A DNA stretch of 64,000 bases. It comes from an uncultured Chloroflexia bacterium (GTDB lineage: Bacteria > Chloroflexota > Chloroflexia > Thermomicrobiales > CFX8). Shown in pieces: positions 28,958 to 36,458 of the stretch. The DNA is taken from positions 770,550-834,549 of the forward strand of contig CAVSNU010000003.1 in assembly GCA_963729445.1 (NCBI GenBank), given 5' to 3'. The notes below the pieces were generated by a model. That model had not been told where the DNA came from, did not search any database, and saw only the letters and a program-made list of their open reading frames with translations. The position numbers were made by a program, and so were the translations under genes. Position 1 is the stretch's first letter; every line of letters starts with the position of its first letter.

Positions 28958-29706
28958 AGGCTGAGATGTTCCAGGCGGTCCGTCGCGCCATTCAAGAGGA
29001 GCGGCCGGCCGCCTTTGCGACCGTGATCGAGGGGGTGAACGCCGGTAATTACCTCACCCTGATTCATCCGGATACGACGTTAGGAACACTTGGCTCTGAG
29101 ACGTTAGACGCCGAAGCGCTACGCCACCTGCGCCGTTTTCTGGTGGAAGGCGGGGCGGGGGCGATCGAGATCGACGATCAGCGTCTCTATCTTGAAGCGC
29201 AGCTCCCTCCGCCACACCTCGTCATCATCGGTGCGGTGCATACCGCGATCCCGCTCGTTGGTTACGCGCAGATCATCGGCTACAAGACGACCGTCATCGA
29301 CGCCCGGGGCACCTTCGCGACTGACGAGCGTTTCCCCCACGCGGACAGACTGATCGAGGCCTGGCCGGACGAGGGATTAGCCCAGGTAACACTCCATCCA
29401 GGTGTGGCGGCCGTCGTGCTCGCGCACGATCCCAAGTTCGAAGACCCTGCCATGGAAGTCCTGCTCAAGAGCGATGTCGGATACATCGGCGCCATCGGCA
29501 GCCGGGCGACGAGCGAGGAGCGCATCGGCCGGTTGAAGCTGATGGGCTTCACCGACGCCGACATTGACCGCATCCATGGGCCGGTCGGACTCAATCTCGG
29601 CGGCAAGACGCCAGAGGAGATCGCGCTGAGCATCATGGCTGAGATCGTCGCCGTGCGCAACGGCAAGGACCCCAAGACCGCCGCCGCTACCGCCAAGGCT
29701 GTATGA
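28954..29706 (+). CDS. xdhC: XdhC/CoxF-family Mo-cofactor insertion chaperone (full two-domain form)
   Basis: ATG at 28954 overlaps the previous stop (ATGA). The product runs MKAEMFQAVRRAIQEERPAAFATVI... then HLVIIGAVHTAIPLVGYAQIIGYKTTVIDAR (Rossmann-like XdhC_C) and GAIGSRAT. Confidence 0.8.
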   Translation: MKAEMFQAVRRAIQEERPAAFATVIEGVNAGNYLTLIHPDTTLGTLGSETLDAEALRHLRRFLVEGGAGAIEIDDQRLYLEAQLPPPHLVIIGAVHTAIPLVGYAQIIGYKTTVIDARGTFATDERFPHADRLIEAWPDEGLAQVTLHPGVAAVVLAHDPKFEDPAMEVLLKSDVGYIGAIGSRATSEERIGRLKLMGFTDADIDRIHGPVGLNLGGKTPEEIALSIMAEIVAVRNGKDPKTAAATAKAV

Positions 29707-30803
29707 ACCACAGCACCGTCGGGGCAATCGTCCTGGCAGCTGGAGCCTCGAGCCGTTTGGGACAGCCCAAGCAACTCCTTCCGGTCGACGGGCAGCCGCT
29801 CCTGAGCCGTACCCTGGATGTCGTGCGCAACACCTCGCTTGAGCCGCGCATCCTCGTCCTGGGCGGCTATGCGGACGACGTTCTGAATCAGGTGAACGTC
29901 GAGGACTTTGATGTCGTGCTGAATCCCGATTTCAGCGAGGGCCAGGCGACCTCGCTCACGGCCGGCATCAGCGCACTACCAGAATCAGTTGACGCGGCCG
30001 TGGTCGTCCTCGGTGACCAGCCCCTCGTCGAACCGTGGCTACTCGACCAGCTGGTTGCCGCCTACGATCCCAGGGAACATGTCGCCGTCCGTCCCCGTTA
30101 CGCCGATGGACCCGGAAACCCCGTCCTGCTTGGCCGAGCGCTCTTCGACGAGCTCATGGCCCTGGAGGGGGATGTCGGCGCCCGTAACGTTCTCAAGCGC
30201 TACTCAGACCGGATCGCCGAAGTCGACCACACCTCCAGAAACGCCCCCCGGGATGTGGATACGGTCACCGATTACCAGGAGTTCCTGCTGGATTGGTCCG
30301 CCTCTGGCGCGCCGGATGTGCCGCGCCACTGTCAGCGCTGTGGCACAGAGGTCCATTTCAAAGCGATTCACGCTCGTCTGCGCCCGGCCTGTCCAAGCTG
30401 CGGGTTCATCTACTTCTTCGATCCCAAGATCGCCGTCGCGGTGATTATCGAGATTGACGGCGAGATCGTCATGCAGCAGCGGGCAATCGACCCGGGCGCC
30501 GGCCAGTGGACCTTCCCTTCCGGGTTTGTCGATCGCGGCGAGGTCGTTATTGAGGCAGCCGCTCGCGAAGCGTTGGAGGAAGTCGGTCTTGCAGTAGACA
30601 ACCTGCAGCTCCTCAACCTCTACTCCGAGCCGGGCCAGACCGTTACGCTCGTCGTCTACCATACCGTCGTCTCCGGACAGCACCCCTCGATTGGAGACGA
30701 GTCCACCGATGTCCGCCTATTCTCACCTGAGCGTTTGCCGGAGCTCGCGTTCCCCCGCGACGAGCAAGTACTCCGAGACTGGCTTGCCGCACGCAACGCT
30801 TGA
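29703..30803 (+). CDS. mocA: Fusion protein: MocA-like molybdenum cofactor cytidylyltransferase + Zn-ribbon + Nudix hydrolase
   Basis: Intact 366-aa ORF with a 4-nt overlap on xdhC. Residues about 1-195 are MobA/MocA-like (GAIVLAAGASSRLGQPKQLLPVDGQPLL, VVLGDQP). Then comes CQRCG-x21-CPSCG. The Nudix box GFVDRGEVVIEAAAREALEEVGL follows (Gx5Ex7REUxEExGU). Confidence 0.8.
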   Translation: MNHSTVGAIVLAAGASSRLGQPKQLLPVDGQPLLSRTLDVVRNTSLEPRILVLGGYADDVLNQVNVEDFDVVLNPDFSEGQATSLTAGISALPESVDAAVVVLGDQPLVEPWLLDQLVAAYDPREHVAVRPRYADGPGNPVLLGRALFDELMALEGDVGARNVLKRYSDRIAEVDHTSRNAPRDVDTVTDYQEFLLDWSASGAPDVPRHCQRCGTEVHFKAIHARLRPACPSCGFIYFFDPKIAVAVIIEIDGEIVMQQRAIDPGAGQWTFPSGFVDRGEVVIEAAAREALEEVGLAVDNLQLLNLYSEPGQTVTLVVYHTVVSGQHPSIGDESTDVRLFSPERLPELAFPRDEQVLRDWLAARNA

Positions 30804-30868
30804 CCCGCGCTCGCAAAGCGGCGAAACTCAACCTGATAAAGAGCTGAAAAGGGAAGAGGGTATCGACG

Positions 30869-33178
30869 ATGGCGATTCAGGAGCGAGCCGAAAGAGTGAA
30901 CGGCACCTATGTCGGCGCGCCAGTGAAACGTGTCAATGACCGCAAGCTTGTCACCGGCCACGGCCGTTTCGTCGATGACATCACGCTGCCGAATACACTG
31001 CATGTCGTGTTCGTGCGCTCGCCCTATGCCCATGCCGACATCGTCTCCATCGACAGCGGTGCCGCCGAGGCGTTGCCGGGCGTTGTATCCGTTGTCACCG
31101 GCAAAGAGATCAAGAACTGGATGAGGGCGGATGTCGTCCACGAGACACTGCTGCCCGGCCGGCACCTGGCACGCTATCCACTTGCCGAACAGCGCGTCCT
31201 CTTCGCCGGCGACGCGGTCGCCGCCGTGCTGGCGGAGTCCCTGGCAATCGCTCGCGACGCCGCCGAGCTCGTGCATGTCGAGTATCGCGAGCTGCCAGCC
31301 GTCATTCGCCAGGACGAAGCCATGGAGCCGGACGCGCCGATCCTGTATGAGGGCTGGGACAACAACGCCGCCTGGCACTGGAGCGTCGAAGCGGGCGATG
31401 TGGAGGCTGCGTTCATGAAAGCGCCGCACACGGTAAGGGTCGATTTACTCTACCAGCGCGTCGCATCCATCTTTCTCGAAACCCGCGCGGTGCTAGCCCA
31501 TTACGACCCCAACCTCGCGGAGATGACCGTCTGGGTGTCCGCCCAGGCGCCCCACCGCATCCGGACGACCGTCGCCGGGTTACTCGGCATGCCAGAGAAC
31601 GCCATCCGGGTCATTGCGCCGGACGTCGGGGGTGGGTTTGGTTCCAAAGGTGGCGTCTATTCCGAGTACCAGTTTGCAGCAGCCGCATCGCACCACCTCG
31701 GCCGCCCGGTGAAGTGGATCGAGACTCGTTCGGAACACATGGCAACCACCAACCACGGCCGCGATCAGATACAACACCTGGAAGCCGCCGTGTCGGCCGA
31801 CGGCAAAATCGAGGGGTTGCGGGTTAAAGTCCTGTCAAACTGCGGGGCGTACGGAGGGGCAACGGTTGGGCAACGTACCGGCATTATGTCGTCAGGGCCC
31901 TACCAGATTGAGAACTTGCGGACTGACGTCTATGGCGTGATGACCAACTCAACGCCCACCGGTGCCTACCGTGGGGCGGGACGTCCCGAGGCGGCCTATA
32001 TGCTGGAGCGGCTGATCGATCGCATCGCTGTCGAGCTGAATCTCGACCAGGTCGAGGTCCGGCGCCGCAACTTCATTCCGGCAGATGCATTCCCGTACCA
32101 GAGCGCGACCGGGGCGCTCTACGACAGCGGCAGCTACGCGGGAACGTTCGATGTCGCCTTGGACTTGCTCGACTGGGATTCGACGCAGCAACGGATCGAG
32201 CAGGAACGCGACCAGGGCAAGATCGTCGGCGTGGGCATTGGCTTCTACTGTGAGTTCGCCGGTCCCGGCTGGGATAGCGCCGAGGTCCGCGTCGACCCCT
32301 CAGGCTCGGTCACGGTGTTGACGGGTATCTCGCCGCATGGTCAGGGCAACGAGACGAGCCTGGCCCAGATCGTGGCCGACGAGCTCGGCATCCCGATGGA
32401 AGTCATCACCGTGAAAGCCAGCGACACGGCGATCACGCCGCAAGGCGTCGGCACATTCGGGTCACGCGGTACCGCTATCGGCGGCGGGGCCGTTGTGCTG
32501 GCCTCCCGCAAGGTTCAGGAAAAGGTGAAGCAGTTCGCCGCCGCGATGCTGGAAGTCTCGCCCGAAGACATTCAGTTGAAAGATAGTCGCGCAGAGGTCA
32601 TGGGAGCGCCGGACCGCGCAGTCAGCTTCAACCAGATCTCACGCGCCGCGCACGCGATGGAAGGTATTCCTGGCGGGCTGGAGCCGGGTCTCGATGCCCA
32701 GTCCTTCTTCAAGCCGGAAGGCCGCCAGTTCCCGTTCGGCGTGCATCTCGCACAGGTGGAGATTGACCGTGATACCGGCGAGGTGCATGTCACCCGCTAT
32801 GTCGCCGTAGACGACTGCGGCACCATCATCAACCCGCTGCTGGTCGACGGGCAGAAGCATGGTGGACTGGCCCAGGGGTTCGGCCAGGCGCTCTGGGAGG
32901 AAATCGTCTACAACGAGAGCGGTCAGCTCGTGACCGGTACGATCATGGATTACGCCGTGCCCAAGGCGAGCCAGTTCCCCACCTTCGAGCTCGGCTCGAC
33001 GGTGACACCCAGCCCGTTCACGCCCCACGGCGCCAAGGGCATCGGAGAGGCTGGCACGACTGGCGCGCCCCCGGCCATCGTCAACGCTGTGCTGGACGCG
33101 CTACGGCCGCTAGGCGTCACGGAGGTCGACATGCCGCTGAAAGCAGAGAAGATCTGGCGGCTGCTCAACCATCGGTAG
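30869..33178 (+). CDS. coxL: Second molybdenum hydroxylase large subunit, form II CoxL-like (AYRGAGR), with no cognate S/M genes
   Basis: Intact 769-aa ORF with [38 protein letters not shown] and GIGEAGTTG. Confidence 0.9.
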   Translation: MAIQERAERVNGTYVGAPVKRVNDRKLVTGHGRFVDDITLPNTLHVVFVRSPYAHADIVSIDSGAAEALPGVVSVVTGKEIKNWMRADVVHETLLPGRHLARYPLAEQRVLFAGDAVAAVLAESLAIARDAAELVHVEYRELPAVIRQDEAMEPDAPILYEGWDNNAAWHWSVEAGDVEAAFMKAPHTVRVDLLYQRVASIFLETRAVLAHYDPNLAEMTVWVSAQAPHRIRTTVAGLLGMPENAIRVIAPDVGGGFGSKGGVYSEYQFAAAASHHLGRPVKWIETRSEHMATTNHGRDQIQHLEAAVSADGKIEGLRVKVLSNCGAYGGATVGQRTGIMSSGPYQIENLRTDVYGVMTNSTPTGAYRGAGRPEAAYMLERLIDRIAVELNLDQVEVRRRNFIPADAFPYQSATGALYDSGSYAGTFDVALDLLDWDSTQQRIEQERDQGKIVGVGIGFYCEFAGPGWDSAEVRVDPSGSVTVLTGISPHGQGNETSLAQIVADELGIPMEVITVKASDTAITPQGVGTFGSRGTAIGGGAVVLASRKVQEKVKQFAAAMLEVSPEDIQLKDSRAEVMGAPDRAVSFNQISRAAHAMEGIPGGLEPGLDAQSFFKPEGRQFPFGVHLAQVEIDRDTGEVHVTRYVAVDDCGTIINPLLVDGQKHGGLAQGFGQALWEEIVYNESGQLVTGTIMDYAVPKASQFPTFELGSTVTPSPFTPHGAKGIGEAGTTGAPPAIVNAVLDALRPLGVTEVDMPLKAEKIWRLLNHR

Positions 33179-33219
33179 CAACCCAACTCGTTGCCGGGTT
33201 CTTCTGGAGCGGTTTTGCG

Positions 33220-33412
33220 TGCGGGCGCAATGAATGATGGAAGAGTCCCGATCGATCGAGATCTGGGCCGGAAATGCCTCGTCTTCGTAGGGGCGCAATT
33301 TATTGCGCCCTGCCTGGCCGCTCGGGCGCCAGGAAGGCGCAATAAATTGCGCCGCTACGCATTCTTCATATACCGGATTAATCAGGAGAACCCCATAATT
33401 GCGTCCCTATAA
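33220..33412. repeat. Composite palindromic repeat, family A, locus 2
   Basis: GTAGGGGCGCAATTTATTGCGCCCTGCCTGGCCGCTCGGGCGCCAGGAAGGCGCAATAAATTGCGCCGCTACGCA is nearly identical to 10578..10655. Partial units are also present (GGGCGCAATGAATGA, CATAATTGCGTCCCTA). It lies in the convergent gap between coxL2 and ccmD. Confidence 0.7.
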
Positions 33413-33454
33413 AAGATTCCTCTTGCGTAGCGCGGCTGCGATGAGAGTAGCTGG

Positions 33455-33601
33455 CTACCGTCCCTCGGAGACCTGTTCTTCGAAGTCCTCGATGTCCTCG
33501 CGCAAGGCCCGGATCTGGTTGTTGAGGTAGAAGAGGTACCCGGCGATCATGATCCAGGTGATGGCGAAGGCCGCAAAAAGGTAGCCAAGGTTATCGTCCA
33601 T
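33455..33601 (-). CDS. ccmD: CcmD-family small membrane protein (48 aa)
   Basis: Below the ORF-track size cutoff. My translation is MDDNLGYLFAAFAITWIMIAGYLFYLNNQIRALREDIEDFEEQVSEGR*. It has one TM helix and an amphipathic tail, as in CcmD. The ATG overlaps the ccmC TAA by 1 nt (TAATG). Confidence 0.6.
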   Translation of the reverse strand: MDDNLGYLFAAFAITWIMIAGYLFYLNNQIRALREDIEDFEEQVSEGR

Positions 33602-34374
33602 TAATCCTCCGAAGCGCCGGTCACTTCACGGCCGGTCGCAGGGTATGTTGTGTCGCCCGTCGGGCGATCGACAGGCCGCATGAGAAAGTCCGCCTCGCGC
33701 TCAGCCAGTGCGTCGCGGGCTTCTTCAATGCGCATCTTCTGAATCATCAGGTGTACAAAAAAGATCGTGAATCCGATGAAACTAACGATGAGCGTCACGA
33801 GCATACTGTTCGGCAGATCGGGCCCGCTTGCGTTGATCACAATCGGCTCCGGGTGAAGCGTTCTCCACCAGCGCACCGACATGTGGATGATCGGGATATC
33901 AATCGCCCCGACGATCGCCAGCACGCTTGCGAAGCGCGCCGCGCGCTCAGGCTCGCCGGCGTACGAGCGCACCATGAAGTACCCGAGATAGATGAACCAC
34001 AGAATCAGGGTCGTCGTCAGACGTGCCTCCCACTGCCACCAGGTGCCCCAGATAGGCCGGCCCCAGATGGCCCCGGTAATCAGTACCAGTGTCGTGAACA
34101 GGAAACCAAGCTCGGCCGCAGAACGTGCCAGGCGGTCGAACACGAGCGTGCGTTTCCAGAGGTAGCCAATACTGCCGGCAACCAACACCACATAGGCAAA
34201 GTACGAGAGCCAGGCCATCGGGACGTGGATGTAGAAAATACGCTGGGCATTCCCCTGGACGGCATCGGTAGGGGCATAGATGAACGCCATGTAAGTCGCC
34301 ACCAGCAGGGTAACAACTGATGCTACACCAGTGATTACCGTCCATGGGCCCGTTCCTTGGCGCGGAGCTTGCAC
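33601..34374 (-). CDS. ccmC: Heme exporter / heme lyase-loading protein CcmC
   Basis: Intact 257-aa ORF with the W-rich motif WGRPIWGTWWQWEARLTT and conserved His residues in the flanking loops. Confidence 0.9.
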   Translation of the reverse strand: MQAPRQGTGPWTVITGVASVVTLLVATYMAFIYAPTDAVQGNAQRIFYIHVPMAWLSYFAYVVLVAGSIGYLWKRTLVFDRLARSAAELGFLFTTLVLITGAIWGRPIWGTWWQWEARLTTTLILWFIYLGYFMVRSYAGEPERAARFASVLAIVGAIDIPIIHMSVRWWRTLHPEPIVINASGPDLPNSMLVTLIVSFIGFTIFFVHLMIQKMRIEEARDALAEREADFLMRPVDRPTGDTTYPATGREVTGASED

Positions 34375-34404
34375 GGAATGACTCTCTTTCTGGGAACAGA
34401 AACG

Positions 34405-35064
34405 CTACTCTTCGATCACGAACGAGAATCCGAGGTAAGCCAGGGTGACGAAAATGACGTCAAACGCCACTAACAGATTAAACCATGCCAGAATTCCGTC
34501 ACGGTCGTCCTGAAAGACCAGCGCCGTAGCCTGAACAGCCCCTAGCAGCACGGGCACGAGGAGCGGGAAGAGCAGCAAAGGCAGCAACACCTCGCGCGTT
34601 CGACCGCTCGCCGCGATCGCCGAGAAGAGCGTCCCCAACGCGGCGAACCCGATGGTCCCAACGATGGCCAGCGCGATTACCCAAGGGTGTAGAGCTGGGA
34701 GGTTGTAGAGCACCGCGAATACCGGGAGGGTCACCACCTCCACCAGCAGGAGCGAGATCAGCGTCGCCAGGAACTTACCCAGAAAAATCGTGCCACCGTC
34801 GACGGGTGTCAACAGTAACCCTTCCAGGGTCCCCCGGTCGCGCTCAAGAGCAATCGACCGCCCCAGCCCCAGCATCCCCGCGAAGAAGAAGGCAATCCAG
34901 AGCGCCCCGGCGGCATCGCTGGTGCGCTCTCCACGGTCCAGATCAAAGGCAAAGTTGAGCGTCACAATGGTGACAAGGGTGAACGCAAGCATCGCGCCGA
35001 GGAACTGGCGCGAGCGGAACTCGATCAGGATATCTTTCCAGGCGATAGCGAGTGCCCGGCCCAT
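34405..35064 (-). CDS. ccmB: Heme exporter membrane protein CcmB
   Basis: Intact 219-aa, 6-TM ORF between ccmA and ccmC, with CcmB-type sequence (FRSRQFLGAMLAFTL, LLTPV). Confidence 0.85.
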   Translation of the reverse strand: MGRALAIAWKDILIEFRSRQFLGAMLAFTLVTIVTLNFAFDLDRGERTSDAAGALWIAFFFAGMLGLGRSIALERDRGTLEGLLLTPVDGGTIFLGKFLATLISLLLVEVVTLPVFAVLYNLPALHPWVIALAIVGTIGFAALGTLFSAIAASGRTREVLLPLLLFPLLVPVLLGAVQATALVFQDDRDGILAWFNLLVAFDVIFVTLAYLGFSFVIEE

Positions 35065-35067
35065 CGC

Positions 35068-35784
35068 CTACTCCCTCACCCGTTGGACGGGCGCGCTTAC
35101 GTACTGGTCCAGCTCGGTAATGCGGATTGCATCGACCGGCCGGTCCAGCGAAACGCTACCATCCTGAAGAGAGACCGCGCGGGTAGCGAGCTGCAGGCCA
35201 AATTCGAATGAGTGTGTTGTAAAAATCACGGCGCCGTCCCGCGCCGATTGACTGGCGATGATCTCAGCCAGAACCTGCTTCCCAGCCTGGTCAAGGCCCG
35301 TATCGGGCTCGTCCAGAAGCAGAACCGCCGGCTCGTGCAGAATCGCGCGGGCCAGGTTCAGGCGTTGCAGCAGCCCACGCGACAGCGTACTCGCCGCGGA
35401 ATCGCGTCTACTGGCTAATCCGACCGCTTCCAGGGCGGGCAGTACGACCTGGCTGGAGTCGAGCTCAAACATCCGTGCGAAGAAGCGCAGATTCTCGGCA
35501 CACGTCAGCTCGGGATAGACATAGGGTTGATGCCCCACGACACCGATGCGCTGCCGCACCGCTCCACGGTGCTTCCACGCGTCCGCGCCAAATGCCTCTA
35601 CCGTCCCGCGGCTTGGCCGGGTGAGCGTTGCCAGGATCCGCAAGAGCGTTGATTTGCCGGCGGCGTTCGCGCCAAAGAGGGCGATGCTCTCTCCAGCGTC
35701 GATGCGGATGCTCACATCACGCAGCACCACCTGCCGGCCGAAGCGCTTGTAGACGCCGCGCGTCTGGAGGTAGGGTTCGTTCAC
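35068..35784 (-). CDS. ccmA: Heme exporter ABC ATPase CcmA
   Basis: Intact 238-aa ORF. Walker A is GANAAGKSTLLR, the signature is LSRGLLQRLNLA and Walker B is LLLDEPDTGLD. Confidence 0.85.
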   Translation of the reverse strand: MNEPYLQTRGVYKRFGRQVVLRDVSIRIDAGESIALFGANAAGKSTLLRILATLTRPSRGTVEAFGADAWKHRGAVRQRIGVVGHQPYVYPELTCAENLRFFARMFELDSSQVVLPALEAVGLASRRDSAASTLSRGLLQRLNLARAILHEPAVLLLDEPDTGLDQAGKQVLAEIIASQSARDGAVIFTTHSFEFGLQLATRAVSLQDGSVSLDRPVDAIRITELDQYVSAPVQRVRE

Positions 35785-35960
35785 GAGAGATCGTGGACAG
35801 GCTGCTTCTCAGCGGAGGCTGGCTCGGGCGCTTCATCGCTGACCGCGAGCGCCGCGTCTTCCGCGGCCTCAGCCTCCTGACGAGGAAGTACGATCGGCGC
35901 AAGCACGTAGGCAAACACCGCGAGGGCTATCAGCAACAGCAGCAGCATTTCAACGATCAT
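35781..35960 (-). CDS. Small single-TM protein (about 59 aa) inside the ccm operon
   Basis: Below the track cutoff. The ATG lies 4 nt after the ccmH stop, and the stop overlaps the ccmA GTG (GTGA). My translation is MIVEMLLLLLIALAVFAYVLAPIVLPRQEAEAAEDAALAVSDEAPEPASAEKQPVHDLS. One nucleotide in my reading of the first 30 nt was ambiguous. Confidence 0.4.
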   Translation of the reverse strand: MIVEMLLLLLIALAVFAYVLAPIVLPRQEAEAAEDAALAVSDEAPEPASAEKQPVHDLS

Positions 35961-35963
35961 TGG

Positions 35964-36458
35964 CTAAGATGGCCTTGGTCTAGTGTCAGGACGCAGGAAC
36001 TCGCGCTCCAGCGCCTCCAGCTCCTCGTCACTCAGCTCATCGTGCGGCTTCTGTGTCTGAGCGCGAGGAGCACGTCCGGTGCCTTCACGCATGTAGAGCA
36101 CCACCACGAGCGCCCCAATAGCCAGCGCGATCGGCGGGACCCACCAGAGGGTAAGTGCGAACCCACTCTTGGGCGGGTCCATCAGCACATTCTGGCCGTA
36201 CCGTTCCTCGAAATAGGCGATGATGTGCTCGTCGGATTCACCCGCCTGCACCTTGCGCTCAATCGTGTCGCGCATCTGCTGGGCGAGCGTCACCTGACTG
36301 TCGGCCACAGACTGACCGGCACAGATTGGGCACTGCAGCTGCCGGGCAAGCTCCAGGGTACGCTCGGAATAGACATCCTCGGCAGCAGCGCCGAACACCA
36401 TCAACCAGGTGGCGGCGATGGCTAACATCAGTGCGAGGCTAATCGGCCGACGCTTCAC
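35964..36458 (-). CDS. ccmH: Cytochrome c maturation thiol-redox protein CcmH/CycL
   Basis: Intact 164-aa ORF with a signal/TM segment, the motif ARQLQCPICAGQSVADS (LRCxxC type) and a second TM helix. Confidence 0.8.
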   Translation of the reverse strand: MKRRPISLALMLAIAATWLMVFGAAAEDVYSERTLELARQLQCPICAGQSVADSQVTLAQQMRDTIERKVQAGESDEHIIAYFEERYGQNVLMDPPKSGFALTLWWVPPIALAIGALVVVLYMREGTGRAPRAQTQKPHDELSDEELEALEREFLRPDTRPRPS

